From positions 83,390,001 through 83,454,000 of the forward strand of contig OX597825.1 in the NCBI GenBank assembly GCA_951406725.2: DNA of 64,000 nucleotides. Reading direction: 5' to 3'. Numbering within the stretch: the first letter of the stretch is position 1; every line of letters starts with the position of its first letter. Source of the stretch: Octopus vulgaris (lineage: Eukaryota). Positions 1 to 13,793 of this stretch are shown in pieces. The notes under the pieces are model-generated. The model was not told the DNA's origin. It ran no database searches and saw nothing but the letters and a program-made list of their open reading frames with translations. The translations under genes were made by a program, and so were the position numbers.

Positions 1-479
1 AATACAAGTTGGACATTTCGCTTCTCTTCTTGGTTCATTACTTCCATTATCTCTCCTCATAGTCACATCATTCATTATTGATACTGTATATGACATGGTG
101 CTTTATTCCATACGTTTGGGGAATATCCATTGGATATTTTTACTAGTCTAATGTACATTAACGATATAATTATTTCCTAGTCTATTCTGATGTAATTCCA
201 AAATAAATCGTATACTGACAGTCACTGAATGGGTAACAAACAGCAGCAATTACATTCGCAAATACCCTGGACTCTTCTCAATTACATGCAGTGTCTATAT
301 CATGCTGCAATGGTGCACAGCGACAGACGTATATCTTACCTCTGCTGCTCTCTCGTTAATACAGTAAATTCTGGTATTTTCATTTACAGAACGCTGCATC
401 CTTTTCTCTCTTCTACTTATCTCTCCCTCTCACTTCTCCCTTTGTCCATTCTATTTCTGCTATAATGACTTCTGTGGAA

Positions 480-720
480 TAGTCTCTTACTTCCACCACA
501 GAGGCAACCCTAATCCATCTGTCTCTCCATCACTGAACTCGCTTGGTGCTTCTGACCACACTTTCTTTGCGCAAATCATTATAAAAACTCCTTCTCGCCC
601 AAGCCATCGTACCTCTGGAATCCTCTCACTGCTCTTATCTTTTCTGCAAGAGTGGACTTGAAACGATTTTAATATTAACACCATCAGTTTCCCCGGTCTT
701 GGAAGACAGGCAAATTCATG
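480..720 (+). pseudogene. Possible decayed LINE APE-endonuclease fragment
   Basis: A plus frame reads SVSPSLNSLGASDHTFF, containing the APE LG.SDH motif. Confidence 0.35.
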
Positions 721-1359
721 TATACTGCCCCTTACTGAAGACTAGTGCTTCAAAACCATTTTCTTTTATCTATGATTACCTTTTATTCCTATTTTGCTCG
801 GGTGAACACACAAAGCGATTGATGCTTTAAGAAATCCTATTACATTTTTTCATTAAATTGTGCAAAATAGATGCAAAAATATTTGCTCTAATGTAGAAAT
901 AGAACTAACCTATTTCACATAAATTTTCACAAAACAATATTACAGGGATTCTCATGGTTCATATAGGCCCTGGTTGAAAAACTCTCACGATAGTAAAAAC
1001 AAACAAATCCAAAACATCTGTATACCGCTTCTAAAGAATACTTGACTGGTGTGTTCTTGACCCTCCCGTGTATTATTTGAAGAAAATATTTTATCATTTC
1101 TCATTATGAATGAGCATAATACCTATCAGTTAATATAACCCAAGGTATACTTTGACTAAAAAGAAAAATGTACACCTTTAATTGGTCGAACAACTTTTGT
1201 CATTGTCTAGATGAAACTTGATCAGTTTTCAACAAGGCTTAAATAAGAGCAGCAGCAACATTAAGAGCAGTAACAACAACGACGACAACAGCAACAGCAG
1301 CCGTTCAAGAATTTGGACCTGGAGATCTCCATTTCCAGTGAATGTATATACAATAAAAA

Positions 1360-1595
1360 GGCGGCGAGCTGGCAGAAACGTTAGCTCGCCGGGTGAAATG
1401 CTCAGCAGCATTTCGTCTGTCGCTACGTCCTGAGTTCAAATTCCGCCGAGGTCGACTTTGCCTTTCATCCTTTCGGGGTCGATTAAATAAGTACCAGTTA
1501 CGCACTGGGGTCGATATAATCGACTAAATCTGTTTCTCTGTCCTTGTTCGTCCCCCTTTGTGTTTAGCAGCCCCTTGTGGGTAGCAAAGAAATAG
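1360..1595 (+). mobile_element. tRNA-derived SINE family A (Nin/Deu-like core)
   Basis: A box TGGCAGAAACGTT, B box GAGTTCAAATTCC, core GCCTTTCATCCTTTCGGGGTCGATTAAATAAGTACCAG; TSD-like GAATGTATATAC; many copies in the window. Confidence 0.85.
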
Positions 1596-1739
1596 AATGT
1601 ATATACCTATACATTTATATATATATATATACAACATTGATATATTATAGTCCATATCAGTGAAGAAACTAATTACGTTTGAGTTCACCAGAATTTGAAC
1701 AACCTATTGTTAATACAAACTTTCTCCAATTACATGCAG

Positions 1740-2100
1740 TAGTAACAGAACTGGGGGGAGCAATGTAACAGCGTCTCATTGCGCTCACCATTTTTCTTCG
1801 GTGGTTTCCAACTTCTGGCGAACAACGCCTATGCACTAACCAGGCAACAACCTTCCAAGTCACGGGTCTGTTTGGTTATTCTTGCTGGTCAGTCTTTTAC
1901 GAAGCTACCTCATCCTCATTTCCATTTTAGTACTTTTGACAACACTCAGTCTGTGTTTTAGCATGCCTTCCTCCGCACGGCACTACAGCAACGTGAAAAG
2001 AAGTGTTTTTCTAAATGACACAACACTCCTCCCGATCCGGGAATCGAACCCACAATTTAAGTATCGAGTGTGTAACAACCTATCCATGAGGCCACGCACC
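1740..2100 (-). mobile_element. Family C SINE, diverged
   Basis: Minus strand GGTGCGTGGCCTCATGG...GGGTTCGATTCCCGG...GTGTTGTGTC. Confidence 0.55.
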
Positions 2101-2851
2101 TTCACAATTCCTTGCAACTACCCAGTATTATCATGGTTATCTTTCGTATCTTTGAAAGAAATATCTGTCTGATATCAATACTTTACCTTCTATAAATGCG
2201 TATGAAATGAAAGAAGAATTCAAAAGAAACATCTGTTTGCTTCTCCACGTATTTATATTATGGTGAATATAAAATTCAGACTTTAATTGGTGTATTGTAA
2301 CGGCTGCTATAAAATTACTACAATCGTGACTCATCTTCTTTCGTTTGTCTCTCCATGGTGTCCACATTTCGTGAGGCTTCTATTACATTGTTACAGAATT
2401 AAATACGTAAATAAATATATATTTTTTATTGTCATGTCTTCGATCATTATGTGTCTCTAATGTTAAAGAGTACATTACTGTTTCCGGTTAGCAGCAACAC
2501 GTTGCACTTCGTGTTTTTTTTATTTTGTATTTAAATCACCCGAGGTTAGTCCATCATCGAGTAGAACACTATTATCAATGACAACCTTGCCATGACCATA
2601 CCCTCATTTTAGAAGTATGTAAGACCACATCATTCAATGCGTTTATTATTTCAGGACTGAACTGTGTGTGATTTAAAAGGTATTTGACTTTCATTTTTGC
2701 AGGTTGAATCTTAATCTTGGCACTCAATCGTTGTTTCAAGTGATGGCGATTATGATAAACCAGATCGATGCTCAAAGACATTGAAAGCGACACCAATCGG
2801 TCTTTTTGTATAAAAGTGAGTATATTGTTATATATAGTTAATCCAAACATG

Positions 2852-3050
2852 AACAAGCAAGAAAAACAACAACAAAACAACAACGCAAGGACGTGGAACA
2901 AGTACTGTGTTATTGGAAGCTCAGGAAAAGAAAGAAAAGAAAGAGGATTTCACGTTTCGAGCGGAGCTCTTCGTCAGAAATATAGAAAATGTCCAAAGAA
3001 AGGAAGACGGAGAAAGAAAATCGCCAACGATACACACGCGGTCACATATT
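2852..3050 (-). mobile_element. Short non-coding PLE-type terminal remnant with hammerhead-like core (2947-2981), next to (TA)n
   Basis: Minus strand reads ATTT-CTGACGAA-GAGC-tcc-GCTC-GAAACG-TG-AAAT. Related sequence at 41100-41290 and 22593-22631 (shared AAAATCGCCAACG-like motif). Confidence 0.55.
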
Positions 3051-3071
3051 GAAAAAAATATATATGTATTA

Positions 3072-3128
<57 letters not shown>

Positions 3129-3949
3129 CATACAAACATATATATATATATACATACAAACATATATATACTTCCTAGTATGTAAACAAGTTTAAAATTT
3201 TAAAACATATCTTTATGCATCTCCTTTCCTTGAATTTATACTTCAAAGTTATAATCCCACCAAATATTATGTAGAAATTATTATCTCCCAAAGACCAGTA
3301 TGTTGCATCACATTTCTTTTTACATCTGTTAGGCCGTTATATCGTTGTGTCGTTATATTCAACCTCGATTGCATAAAAGATCCCGAAACGTTTCCTACCA
3401 CTTCATCAACTACAGAGTTTGACAACATCACACTCCACAACCATCATCGAAATAGTATATTTTGATCTTTATATTTATTCATTTTACTATTAAATGTAGT
3501 TTGATTTCTTGCTAAGTTAGTGTAATATTGTTTCGAATGTTTTTGTTGTTATTAACATAGTCTTGCAATATTTGTTTATCTCAGCGAAGATAGAATGGAA
3601 AGTTAGAAAAATTCCTACGAACTATTTTCTAACGGTTTCCGTGTTTGAAAATCGATCCAAAAGAGATATTGACAGATTCTAGTAAACATCGTTATCTATA
3701 TATTAGAGTAATCGTTTTCTCTTTAATTTCTGCCTAATTAAATTGAATTATAGGCTTGTCAAAATTAAGTTTGTTTGGGATACTGAAATGATTTATGGAT
3801 TTGTCAAATAAAATATGAATCCCAAAAGGATATTAGTAAACTTTTGAGACTTGTAAAAGTCGACTGTTGAATGAAATAACTACACAACATAAATAAAATA
3901 AAAATTCAATTATTATGAAAATATCAATAACAACAATGTTAATACTTCT

Positions 3950-3952
3950 CTA

Positions 3953-4010
<58 letters not shown>
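3950..4010. repeat. (ACT)n microsatellite
   Basis: Directly visible. Confidence 0.95.
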
Positions 4011-4060
4011 TCACATCTACTACTGCTGCTGGTGTTGTTGCTGTTGCTGCTAATAATCTT

Positions 4061-4500
4061 TTCTACTAAAGCCACACGACCTGAAATTTTTGGAGATGGT
4101 TACGTTCATTACATCGACCCCAGGACCCAACCGGTACTTATTTTTATTGACTGCGAAATGATGGAAAGCCAAGTCGACCTCAGGGAAATTTGAAGTCAGA
4201 ATTGTAAGCGGGACAAAACTACTGTTAATAATAGTCCTCTCTACTAAAGGCACGAGGCCCGGTGTTTAAGCAGGGGAGGAGACTAGTCCGTTACATCGAT
4301 CCTAGTTAAAGGATGAAAGGCAAAGACGACCACGGTTGAATACTACTGCTAATAATAATGATAATATATAATGACTTTTAGTTTTGGAACAGGGCCAGCA
4401 ATTTTCGAGGGAAGGGGTTAATCAATATCATCGATCTCAGTACGTGACTGATATTTTATTCTGCGGACCAAAGTTGGAAAAAACGCAATGTTAACCTCCG
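4061..4500 (-). mobile_element. Cluster of partial family A SINEs
   Basis: Three truncated copies (ACATCGACCCC, AAAGGATGAAAGGCAAAG motifs). Confidence 0.6.
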
Positions 4501-4642
4501 AATGCAAAGGATCGCAAAAACATCTGAAATCATCTTTTCTGACGCTGTAACAAATGTTGCGGTTCGGCCTCTTAATATAAACAAGAACACTCCGAGAGCT
4601 CAACACTCCGACAAGGCAACATCAACATCCTCTCAAGGTTTA

Positions 4643-4761
4643 ATTATTCTTATTCTTCTTATTCTTCTTATTCTTCTTATTCTTCTTATTCTTCTTCTTC
4701 TTCTTCTTCTTATTATTATTATTATTAATTATTATTTTTATCATTATTATTATAATTATTA

Positions 4762-4828
<67 letters not shown>

Positions 4829-4880
4829 TATTATTATTATTATATTTATTTCTGTTTTACCAATAGATATGAGTAGGAAA

Positions 4881-4921
<41 letters not shown>

Positions 4922-4962
4922 ATGAAGATAATGATGATGTAGATGATGATGATGATGATGAA
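4643..4962. repeat. Compound (TTC)/(ATT)/(ATC)/(GCT)/(GAT) microsatellites
   Basis: Directly visible. Confidence 0.95.
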
Positions 4963-5144
4963 GACAATGTAGACAAAAGAAAGGAATTAAATAGTAAAAA
5001 AAAAACGGAATAAAAACAATAGGAAACGACTATAAATCTTTGAAAAGAAAAACATAAAAATATCAAAAAAAAGAATAACGGAAAGAACGAAGTACATTAT
5101 GCAAATGATGTTATGTTTCATATTCCATTGAAATCATCCGTATA

Positions 5145-5234
5145 TGTTGTTGTTGTTGTTGCTGTTGCTGTTGTTTTTGTTTATTATCATTAACATCATC
5201 ATCATCATCATTATCATCATCGTCATCATCATCA

Positions 5235-5298
<64 letters not shown>

Positions 5299-5320
5299 CA
5301 TTATTATCATTATTATTATT

Positions 5321-5373
<53 letters not shown>

Positions 5374-5529
5374 TATTATCATTAATATTATCATTATCAT
5401 TATTATCATTAGTATTAATATTATATAATATTATTATCATTATATATTATTATTACATATTATTATTAATATTATTATTATTATATATTATTATTAATAT
5501 TATTATCATTATTATTATTGTTGTTGTTA

Positions 5530-5563
<34 letters not shown>

Positions 5564-5564
5564 G

Positions 5565-5600
<36 letters not shown>

Positions 5601-5612
5601 TTTTATTATTAT
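5145..5612. repeat. Compound (GTT)/(ATC)/(ATT)/(AAT) microsatellite
   Basis: Directly visible. Confidence 0.95.
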
Positions 5613-5938
5613 TTGTTCTGAAGCTCATGTGTGAGAATTTAATGACATGGTCTGTCTTGAAAAAAAGGAAAAGAAAAGAAAAGAAAAGAAAAGAAAAGAA
5701 AAAGAAAACGTTCTTAAGAAATGCGTCTCGAAGAAGAATTATCTATAGAACGTCAAGAAATATATTATAAGCTTTTATTACCATTCCATGATTCCGAATT
5801 AATATATCCTCCATTATTGAAAACCATCATCGATAGCATTGTAGAAGCAGTTTAATTTAAACTCTGTACAACGGTTTGAATAAAATTGGGAAGACGTTGA
5901 TGGTCGAAAACTAAAAAGAGTCTCCTCTACGAACCAAT

Positions 5939-6540
5939 GAGAGAACCACTAAATGGTCAATAAACATGCTAGAAACATCAGCCATGCCTCAGTCCAATTA
6001 TACCCTGTAAGCTTAAAAATATAAAGAACACGGATCTTTTCGGTTTGAACGGCAGTTTTTTCTAGCGGTGTCATATGAAATTGTCACCCACAATTATGAC
6101 GCTAGTATCGATCTATTGCATTTCAATCTGTTTTAGGGTTAGGGTTAGGGTTAGAGGTGGGGGAAGGATATCTTTTTTCTTTAGAAATGTAAATAAGCCC
6201 ATCTGTTTCTTAAACGAGGGACATATTCATACGACATAGAATGTTTTCACCTCAATAGACGCCATTGATTGGTTGAAATTGCAGAAATTGAAGAAAAAAA
6301 AACACAACAAATATCTTACAAACTATAGAATTTTCTCAATAAGGCCAAGAGAAAAAGATGTCTTATAAAAATAGTCTACCAGTATACGAAGTTTAAATGT
6401 GTTTAGTTACGTGGAAATTATTTAAAAAAAAACTGCCGTTCAAACCGAAAAGATCCGAGAGAACCACTAAATGGTCACTAGACATGCTAGAAACATCAGC
6501 CATGCATCAGTTCAAATATACTCTGTCAGCTTTAAAATAT
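5939..6540 (+). repeat. ~84-bp direct repeats (5939-6022 and 6457-6540) flanking the TIR element
   Basis: 8 mismatches in 84 bp by eye; the right copy starts immediately after the right TIR. Confidence 0.85.
6032..6456. mobile_element. Non-autonomous TIR element (MITE-like) with internal (TTAGGG)3
   Basis: Perfect 29-bp TIRs GGATCTTTTCGGTTTGAACGGCAGTTTTT / AAAAACTGCCGTTCAAACCGAAAAGATCC; telomeric repeats at ~6133-6154. Confidence 0.85.
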
Positions 6541-6717
6541 TTTTTTAAAAAACCTATTATATAATATGATGCAATAGAAAAGCTAGAAAGTGGTGTGTTA
6601 ATGACAGCTGAAGTTGCAGGTAAACTACATCACGAACGACCTTTGGCATATCACTTTGATACTTTTGGTTTCAAGATGTTTCCATAATTGAATTTATTTT
6701 CAGATTTTATATTAAAA

Positions 6718-6870
6718 CTAGCAGTATAGCCCGGCGTTGCACGGGTTTTTTTCGACACTTTAGAATTGGAATATTTGAAAAGTAAAAATGTTGCATTATG
6801 TAGTTGTTATTCTCATGAAGCGAACATTTTTCTGGTTGAAATACACCGAAAAATGGCGACACAGCAGTCA
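6718..6870 (-). mobile_element. Non-autonomous Helitron 3' end
   Basis: Minus strand ends with the hairpin CCCGTGCAACGCCGGG, a short spacer and then CTAG|T, the canonical Helitron terminus. Confidence 0.6.
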
Positions 6871-7145
6871 TAACCGCATCGTCTTTTTAGTCTCATGCGG
6901 GATTGCTAGGTCAAGTATGCTCTTTATCCTTTTAATGTTTTGATATTTCATGGTTTGAATCGAGATAGATAATTCTAGCTGGTTTTCTGACCAGTAAATT
7001 GTTGAAGATGGATTTCAGTGTGATCGAACCCGGAACCACGAGGTAGCGAATTGATCTCCTTTGTCACCTGGTTATGCCTTCTTCTAGAATAGCCATCTTA
7101 ACTAACAGGCAATAAACCAATACAATCAAGTCCGTTAACAATTGA

Positions 7146-7500
7146 GTGTCTTTCTTAGAAGCGTTAAACCTCCAATTTAACAGACATCACCTGAACATAT
7201 GGCATTGTAACAACATCCTCAGTAAATTACTCCAGAAAAATCAGAATAAAACAAAAGGCAGCTTACTAGAATGTAAAACCATATTAATACCGAGGAAGAA
7301 AAATACCTGGAGACTCAAAAACTGCAGATCGATAACGTATTTTCACTAACAATATATTCTTTCCTGACATTTCCACACACTAACAAGCTGTTCAACTGAA
7401 AGATAATAACATCTCACCATAGACGCTGAACGAGTGTTGAAAGGGAATGTGACTATAATAAGAATATATATTAGTAAATCGATGCCTTGCACGGATTTAT
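7146..7500 (+). pseudogene. Decayed R4/Dong-type non-LTR RT fragment
   Basis: LLECKTILIPRKKNTWRLKNCRSIT resembles W...G.T.LIPK......KNYRPITCL. Confidence 0.55.
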
Positions 7501-7892
7501 TACAGAAACCTTCCTTTGATAAAATACAACGCTTAAAAATGGAGTCATTTATACACATAGAGCATGCCTAAAACTAAAGCAATCTATTGACTACAACATG
7601 TCAAACCATTAAAGATGAATAGATGGAAAAGATAAAACACTTTAACGAATCTTTTTTCTTTTTAATACATTCCTGCTGATCCAATTGGGAATCTCTAATC
7701 ATTGTTGATTTCAACGAAGAATACGTCGCTCTTTTAGACGATGCTTTGCTCATAAAACGTGTGATTCACCGTTTTAGCAGAGTGAGGGCTTCAATATATT
7801 ACGGTGTTTCGCTTTTACAGTCAAGACTGTCCCACGGTTGCACCGATGAAGCTGACAAGAATACGAGCTCTTGTATATAGGGAACAACAAAC

Positions 7893-8096
7893 CTATTTCT
7901 TTACTATCCACAAGGGGCCAAACACAGAGGGGACAAACAAGGACAGACAAACGGATTAAGTCGATTACATCGACCCCAGTGCGTAACTGGTACTTAATTC
8001 ATCGACCCCGAAAGGATGAAAGGTAAAGTCAACCTCGGCGGAATTTGAACTCAGAACGTAACGGCAGACGAAATACGGCTACGCATTTCGCCCGGC
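7893..8096 (-). mobile_element. Family A SINE (5'-truncated)
   Basis: Reverse-complement match to 1360-1595. Confidence 0.85.
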
Positions 8097-9449
8097 AAAC
8101 CAATCACTTGCTGTTCCGTGTTGGTGTTTTCCAAGCAAATAATTATGCATGCAGAATAGCTTGTTAATCTACCAGAATGTTTTAAGAACAAATAAATTGT
8201 CTGGGGTCTTGCTGTTCTGTGAGCACTCTTCAAAAATAATTTTAAATAAACTAACGTGTAATGCATTATAATGAAATGAAATAAAACACCATACAATGAA
8301 ATAAAATAAAGTGAAATAAAATAACTTACTGAACGTATTAGGAATAGATGAGACCAAGAAATAGACATGTTTGTAAAGTGTGAGTTAGACGAACATTGCA
8401 TCTCCAACAAAGTTTACGAATTGTCTTTCTAACAATTCTACGCTTGCCGCAGAAGGTTATTGGCTAGCAGTAATTTGTTTTGAAATCAAATAACGTACAC
8501 TGAGAGTCAAAGATTAAGTCAGGCTTAATCCGTATTATGCATCGGTTTAGTCAAAAATGTCTAAGTTTATTTTCGAGTGATGTAGACTAGTAAAGTTAGT
8601 ATGGATGCACTCAGTGGCAACAAACGCAGTAATGACACAGCTAATGAGATAAAAGATGAAGAAGTGAAATACAAATTTAAAAACAAATACGAGAAACAAA
8701 TCAAAATGATATAAAAACAAAGAAACGATTGAATAATAAGGTTATAGGAAATAGCTACACCAGTCATGAAGTAAAGTTTTAATGCAATGAGGAGAATGGT
8801 GAAATTAGTCATTGTTTCACAGAACCATGGCCTACGACTGATATGACTTAGATATAATATATATGATTTAGATATAACAAGAATATAGGTGCATGCTATT
8901 ATTTGAAAAGAAAATTACAAGAATTGGTGCAGATAATTATGTAGATCTTAACAAAACCAGAAAGATTAGAAAAAGGTAATATTAAAAAAAAATGTTTCCC
9001 TTTGTGTCAGAAGCCAGTAAACTGCGAACTAGAAACCAATTACAATAACAAAAGATATCGATGAGGATTAAGTACAAATAAGGATTAAGAAAAATCAAAG
9101 AAACAAAATCGTAATTCAAAATGACACTTCAATATGTAGTGATGTTAAAACGAAAGAAATCATATATACAGCTGTATTTTATAATTTTTGTTAGAAATTC
9201 CAAAGAAACAGTGCGTTCAGTTGCTATCAGAGAGTAAATAAAAGAGAACTTATCATTTCTAGGATGCACGTTGGAGAAAACAGGAACCACGAGGATTTTT
9301 CATTTGATAGATAAATAACCGTATGAAGGGTTGAGTTCAGAAACCCTTTCGCAGTGACCTCGTAAAAGAAATGTGGAAGCCAGTATCAGAAAAACCTGTC
9401 CGAATTCAATGTGACAGATTGGATTCCACTAAAAGTGCTGAAGTGTTAC

Positions 9450-9682
9450 CTATTTCTTTACTACCCACAAGGGGCTAAACACAGAGAGGATAAACAAAGA
9501 CAGACAAACGGATTAAGTCGATTATATCGACCCCAGTGTGTGACTGGTACTAATTTAATCGACCCCGAAAGGATGAAAGGCAAAGTTGACCTCGGTGGAA
9601 TTTGAATTTAGAACGTAGCGGCAGACGAAATACCGCTAAACATTTCGCTTGGTGCGCTAACGATTCTGCCATCTCGCCGCCT
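9450..9682 (-). mobile_element. Family A SINE
   Basis: Full-length reverse-complement match; TSD-like TGTTACCTA. Confidence 0.85.
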
Positions 9683-10334
9683 TGTTCAAATGTTACCTAC
9701 TGGCAGGAAATAAATCTGTCTATTGTGCAATATCAGTTACTATCCCCATCCATTCTATGGGCCTCAACCTACATTCCGCCTACACAGACTCACTCAGAAA
9801 TCATTGATTGAGGTCAGACTCAGCCAGGAGACAACAATTCGAACAATGATTGGAAATATTTTATCCAAAAATGAAAAAAATGTAACATTTGTTTTAATGT
9901 TTATGATTCCTTAAGCTGTGCAAGAGTAATGTCTAGACACCCCGTTTACCAACATCACATACAATAAGACACAAATTGCACTAAACTGTGAAAGGCCTCC
10001 AGGTGTGTGGACTGCTAAAAATTTCAGATGAGTCTCAGTCAAATCACACTCAGTATGTTCTTAAAACATACAGTAATGGAGAACTCATTGGATAATGTTG
10101 TGCAATAAATCCCTTTATATATTACGAAGTCGGTCTCCAAAGAGATGAAATGCTTCATTTCCAGTTGCACATTTCATGCAAAAATGATAACCGTGGACCA
10201 TAATACACTAAAGTAATGGGAATAAGTTTGGGGCCTGTTGCGTTGTGTGAGAGTGATGCGGTTGCGATAGTCTGCGACATGTATCTCCCGACTAACACGC
10301 GATTTACATTGAATCAACCAGAAATCATAATAAT

Positions 10335-10510
10335 CTTTTTTACTATAGGCACAAGGCCTGAAATTTTGGCGGTTTGGGTAAGTTGATTACATCGACCCCA
10401 GTGCTCAGCTGGTACTTAAGTTATCAATTTGACCACAGAACGTAAAAGCAGACGAAACGCCGCAAAGCATTTTGCCCGGAGCGCTAAGAATTTTGCTAGC
10501 TCATCGCCTT
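10335..10510 (-). mobile_element. Family A SINE, alternative 3' tail, internal deletion
   Basis: GGCACAAGGCCTGAAATTTT tail plus ACATCGACCCCAGTG and the head. Confidence 0.7.
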
Positions 10511-11542
10511 CGTAATAATAAGAAGCCATATGAAAGAATAAGATTTGGCAGGAAACGTTACTCCGTCTGATAAATATTTCGATATTTCTTAAGTGAAATA
10601 TACCTGGGAAGTAATCGATAATGTTTTATTTTTTACGAATACCGATCTACACACTAGTGCAGATAGTATCAACGGCCTCATCAGTGCTATACGTAAATCG
10701 CTGAACAATCTGTTGTTATTGGCGCGGGAATAGGAAACAGTGTATTACATTAATCCCTCTATTCGATTAGAATTACTTTTAATTACCTTTGAAAGGATGA
10801 AATTTAAATCGACTTCATCGTTGGCGATTTGAACTCAAGGCATAATAAAACAAGGTGCATTTTCTGATGTTTTAACGACTGTGCCAAACCACCGGAACTT
10901 CAAACAGAATGAAATATAGTTAAACAAATAACAGAATAAAAACACTACTGTTAATTAATTACTCAACGTTTAAACTGAAAAAAACCCCAGCTTGATGAAA
11001 ATCTATAAATCTACAGTCTCTAAGATGTTTCTCTACAATGCATGACTCGCACTTTTCTGATCTTGCAACAGTAGTATACAGTAGTTATATCACATATCCC
11101 CCACCTCTCTGTTCAATGACTCACGAAGTATCAGTCAGTCTCAACGTTTGTGATAAAGCAAAGAGGGAAAAAATTATTAAATACAAAGATCGGAAAATAT
11201 AAATAACCATATGAAAGAGCGTACATATATAATCAGAATATTTAAATCTACATTGGTAATTCTTCAAAATTATTGAAAATTATACAAAGGCATAAGCACA
11301 TTCCCAGGATTAGTAAACATATTCAACCTGCCAAACAGACAAGTATTAAGAGCTGCACTCATTTTACATCGATTACTTTCAATACGGCTGAAAATATATA
11401 TCGAAAAACATAACACGGGACACTTGCACGCAGACAAAGCTGCACTTGGTTGTACAGTGAAGTCATACAATAAAAATAAGACTTGTTAACAATAATAACA
11501 GCAAGAAACAGATGTATATATATAGCCTAAGTAACTAGCACC

Positions 11543-11545
<3 letters not shown>

Positions 11546-11623
<78 letters not shown>

Positions 11624-11723
11624 AAGAAGAAGGAAGAGGAGGAGAAGGAGGGGGAGGGGAAGAAGAAGAGGGAGCGGAAGTAGAAGAAGAATTTCTTTAT
11701 TTACTGCAGCGACTTGACAGTAG

Positions 11724-11789
<66 letters not shown>

Positions 11790-11790
11790 T
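11546..11790. repeat. (AAT)n(AAG)n followed by (TA)n
   Basis: Directly visible. Confidence 0.95.
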
Positions 11791-11949
11791 CATATTTCGT
11801 CTATGTTCAAGCAACTTATTTACTGCAATATTCTAAGAGAAGTGAAATGTCTGCTATAACCGGAAGTGGAAATTGAATCAGAAATATAACTGTCTATATG
11901 CTACATTACAGCACTCTCTATAAAATGATTGCACTAACAAGAACGACAA

Positions 11950-12339
11950 CAAACACAGAGAGGACAAACAAGGACAGACGAACGGATCTAGTAGATTACA
12001 TCGACCCCAGTGCGTAACTGGTACTAAATTTATCGACCCCAAAAGGATGAAAGGCAAAGTTGACCTCGCCGGAATTTGAACTCAGAACGTAGCGTCAGAC
12101 GAAGTGCCTATTTCTTTACTACCCACGAGGGGCTAAACACAGAGAGGACAAACAAGGACAGACGAACAGATCTAGTAGATTACATCGACCCCAGTGCCTA
12201 ACTAGTACTTAATTTATCGACCCCGAAAGGATGAACGGCAAAGTTGACCTCGGGGGAATTTGAACTCTGAACGTAGCGACGGACGAAATACGGCTACGCA
12301 TTTCGCCTGGCGTGCTAAAGATTCTGCCAGCTCGCCGCC
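11950..12339 (-). mobile_element. Family A SINE tandem dimer
   Basis: Two units joined at GACGAAGTGCC|TATTTCTTT (~12109). Confidence 0.85.
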
Positions 12340-12483
12340 TGAACGATGATAATAATAATAATGATGATGATGATGATGACGATTTCTTTTATTTGCCACC
12401 AGGGTGATCGATTAGGGAGGCAAAATAGAACAGGCATAAAGTGTTGAATGTTGGGCTTTAAATATAATGGAATGATCACACAG

Positions 12484-12566
<83 letters not shown>

Positions 12567-12571
12567 TATAT

Positions 12572-12790
12572 ACTCTTGTACTCTTGTACTCTTGTGCTTG
12601 TTTCAGTCATTTGACTGCGGCCAAGCTGGAGCACCGCCTTTAGTCGAGCAAATCGACCCCGGGATTTATTCTTTGTAAGCCCAGTACTATATTCTATCGG
12701 TCTTTTTTGCCGAACCGCTAAGTGATGGGGACGTAAAGACACCAGCATCGGTTGTCAAGCAATGCTAGGGGGACAAACAGACCCACAAAC

Positions 12791-12827
<37 letters not shown>

Positions 12828-12982
12828 CATATATACGACAGGCTTCTTTCAGTTTCCGTCTACCAAATCCACTCACAGGGCATCGGTCGGCCCGGGGCTA
12901 TAGCAGAAGACACTTTCCCAAGATGCCACGCAGTGGGACTGAACCCGGAACCATGTGGTTGGTTAGCAAGCTACTTACCACA
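12572..12982 (-). mobile_element. tRNA-derived SINE family B (CORE-like, internal microsatellite)
   Basis: B box GGTTCAGTCCC, GCATCTTGGGAAAGTGTCTT core, internal (TA)/(TG) tract, tail GACTGAAACAAG + AGAGT repeats. Confidence 0.85.
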
Positions 12983-13411
12983 AAAGCATCTGGACACAAT
13001 CGTCCGTGGAGATGCTGAGTCGTCCTCGATTCTTTCCATGGCGGCTTCATTTTATCATTCCTCTTCTGTCTCATTACTCTTCCGGATTTGTTTTGTTTTT
13101 TTTTGTTTCATATTGGTGCAATGCATATAATTTCTGTTTACTAAACACATCAATTTATTATTTTCCAATAGTAATTATAGCGTGATTGGTTCCGTTGTAA
13201 TTACTTCCTGGGCAATGCATTACGTACTTCAATTACAAAAATGTATAAAAGACAGTGGAATTCAATCGTGTTTTCATGAGAAGCAAGTCTTTATGTTCAC
13301 ATTGAACGTTCAACGACTGTAAGATTTTAATGTGGGCCCTAATCCCAGGAACGTTGTGTCAAATACCATAATAAGATTTAAGTTGCAAAAAAATAAAAAT
13401 AACCGTGGTTC

Positions 13412-13509
<98 letters not shown>

Positions 13510-13793
13510 AGCAGGAGGGGTGCAGGGTAGGACAGCGAAAACGACAAAGATGATAATGATGAGTAGGAGGGGAGGAGGAGGCGGGAGAGAAGAGTGGGAG
13601 GAGTATGTTGATGGTGATGATGATGAGATATTCGTCATGAGAAGATGAAGAAGTAGATATGGAAAAAGAAGGTGAAGAAGAAGTAGAAGAAGAAGGAGGA
13701 GGAGGAGAAGAAGAAGTAGAAGAAGAAGAAGAAGAAGAAGAAGAAGAAGAAGAAGAAGAAGAAGAAGAAGAAGAAGAAGAAGAAGAAGAAGAA
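13412..13793. repeat. (TAG)n and (GAA)n microsatellites
   Basis: Directly visible. Confidence 0.95.

Noticed and set aside
1360-1460. tRNA gene
   Set aside because: A and B boxes are present, but this is the head of a multicopy SINE without a proper cloverleaf.
6133-6154. Telomere or chromosome-fusion site
   Set aside because: Only three TTAGGG units, internal to a TIR element.
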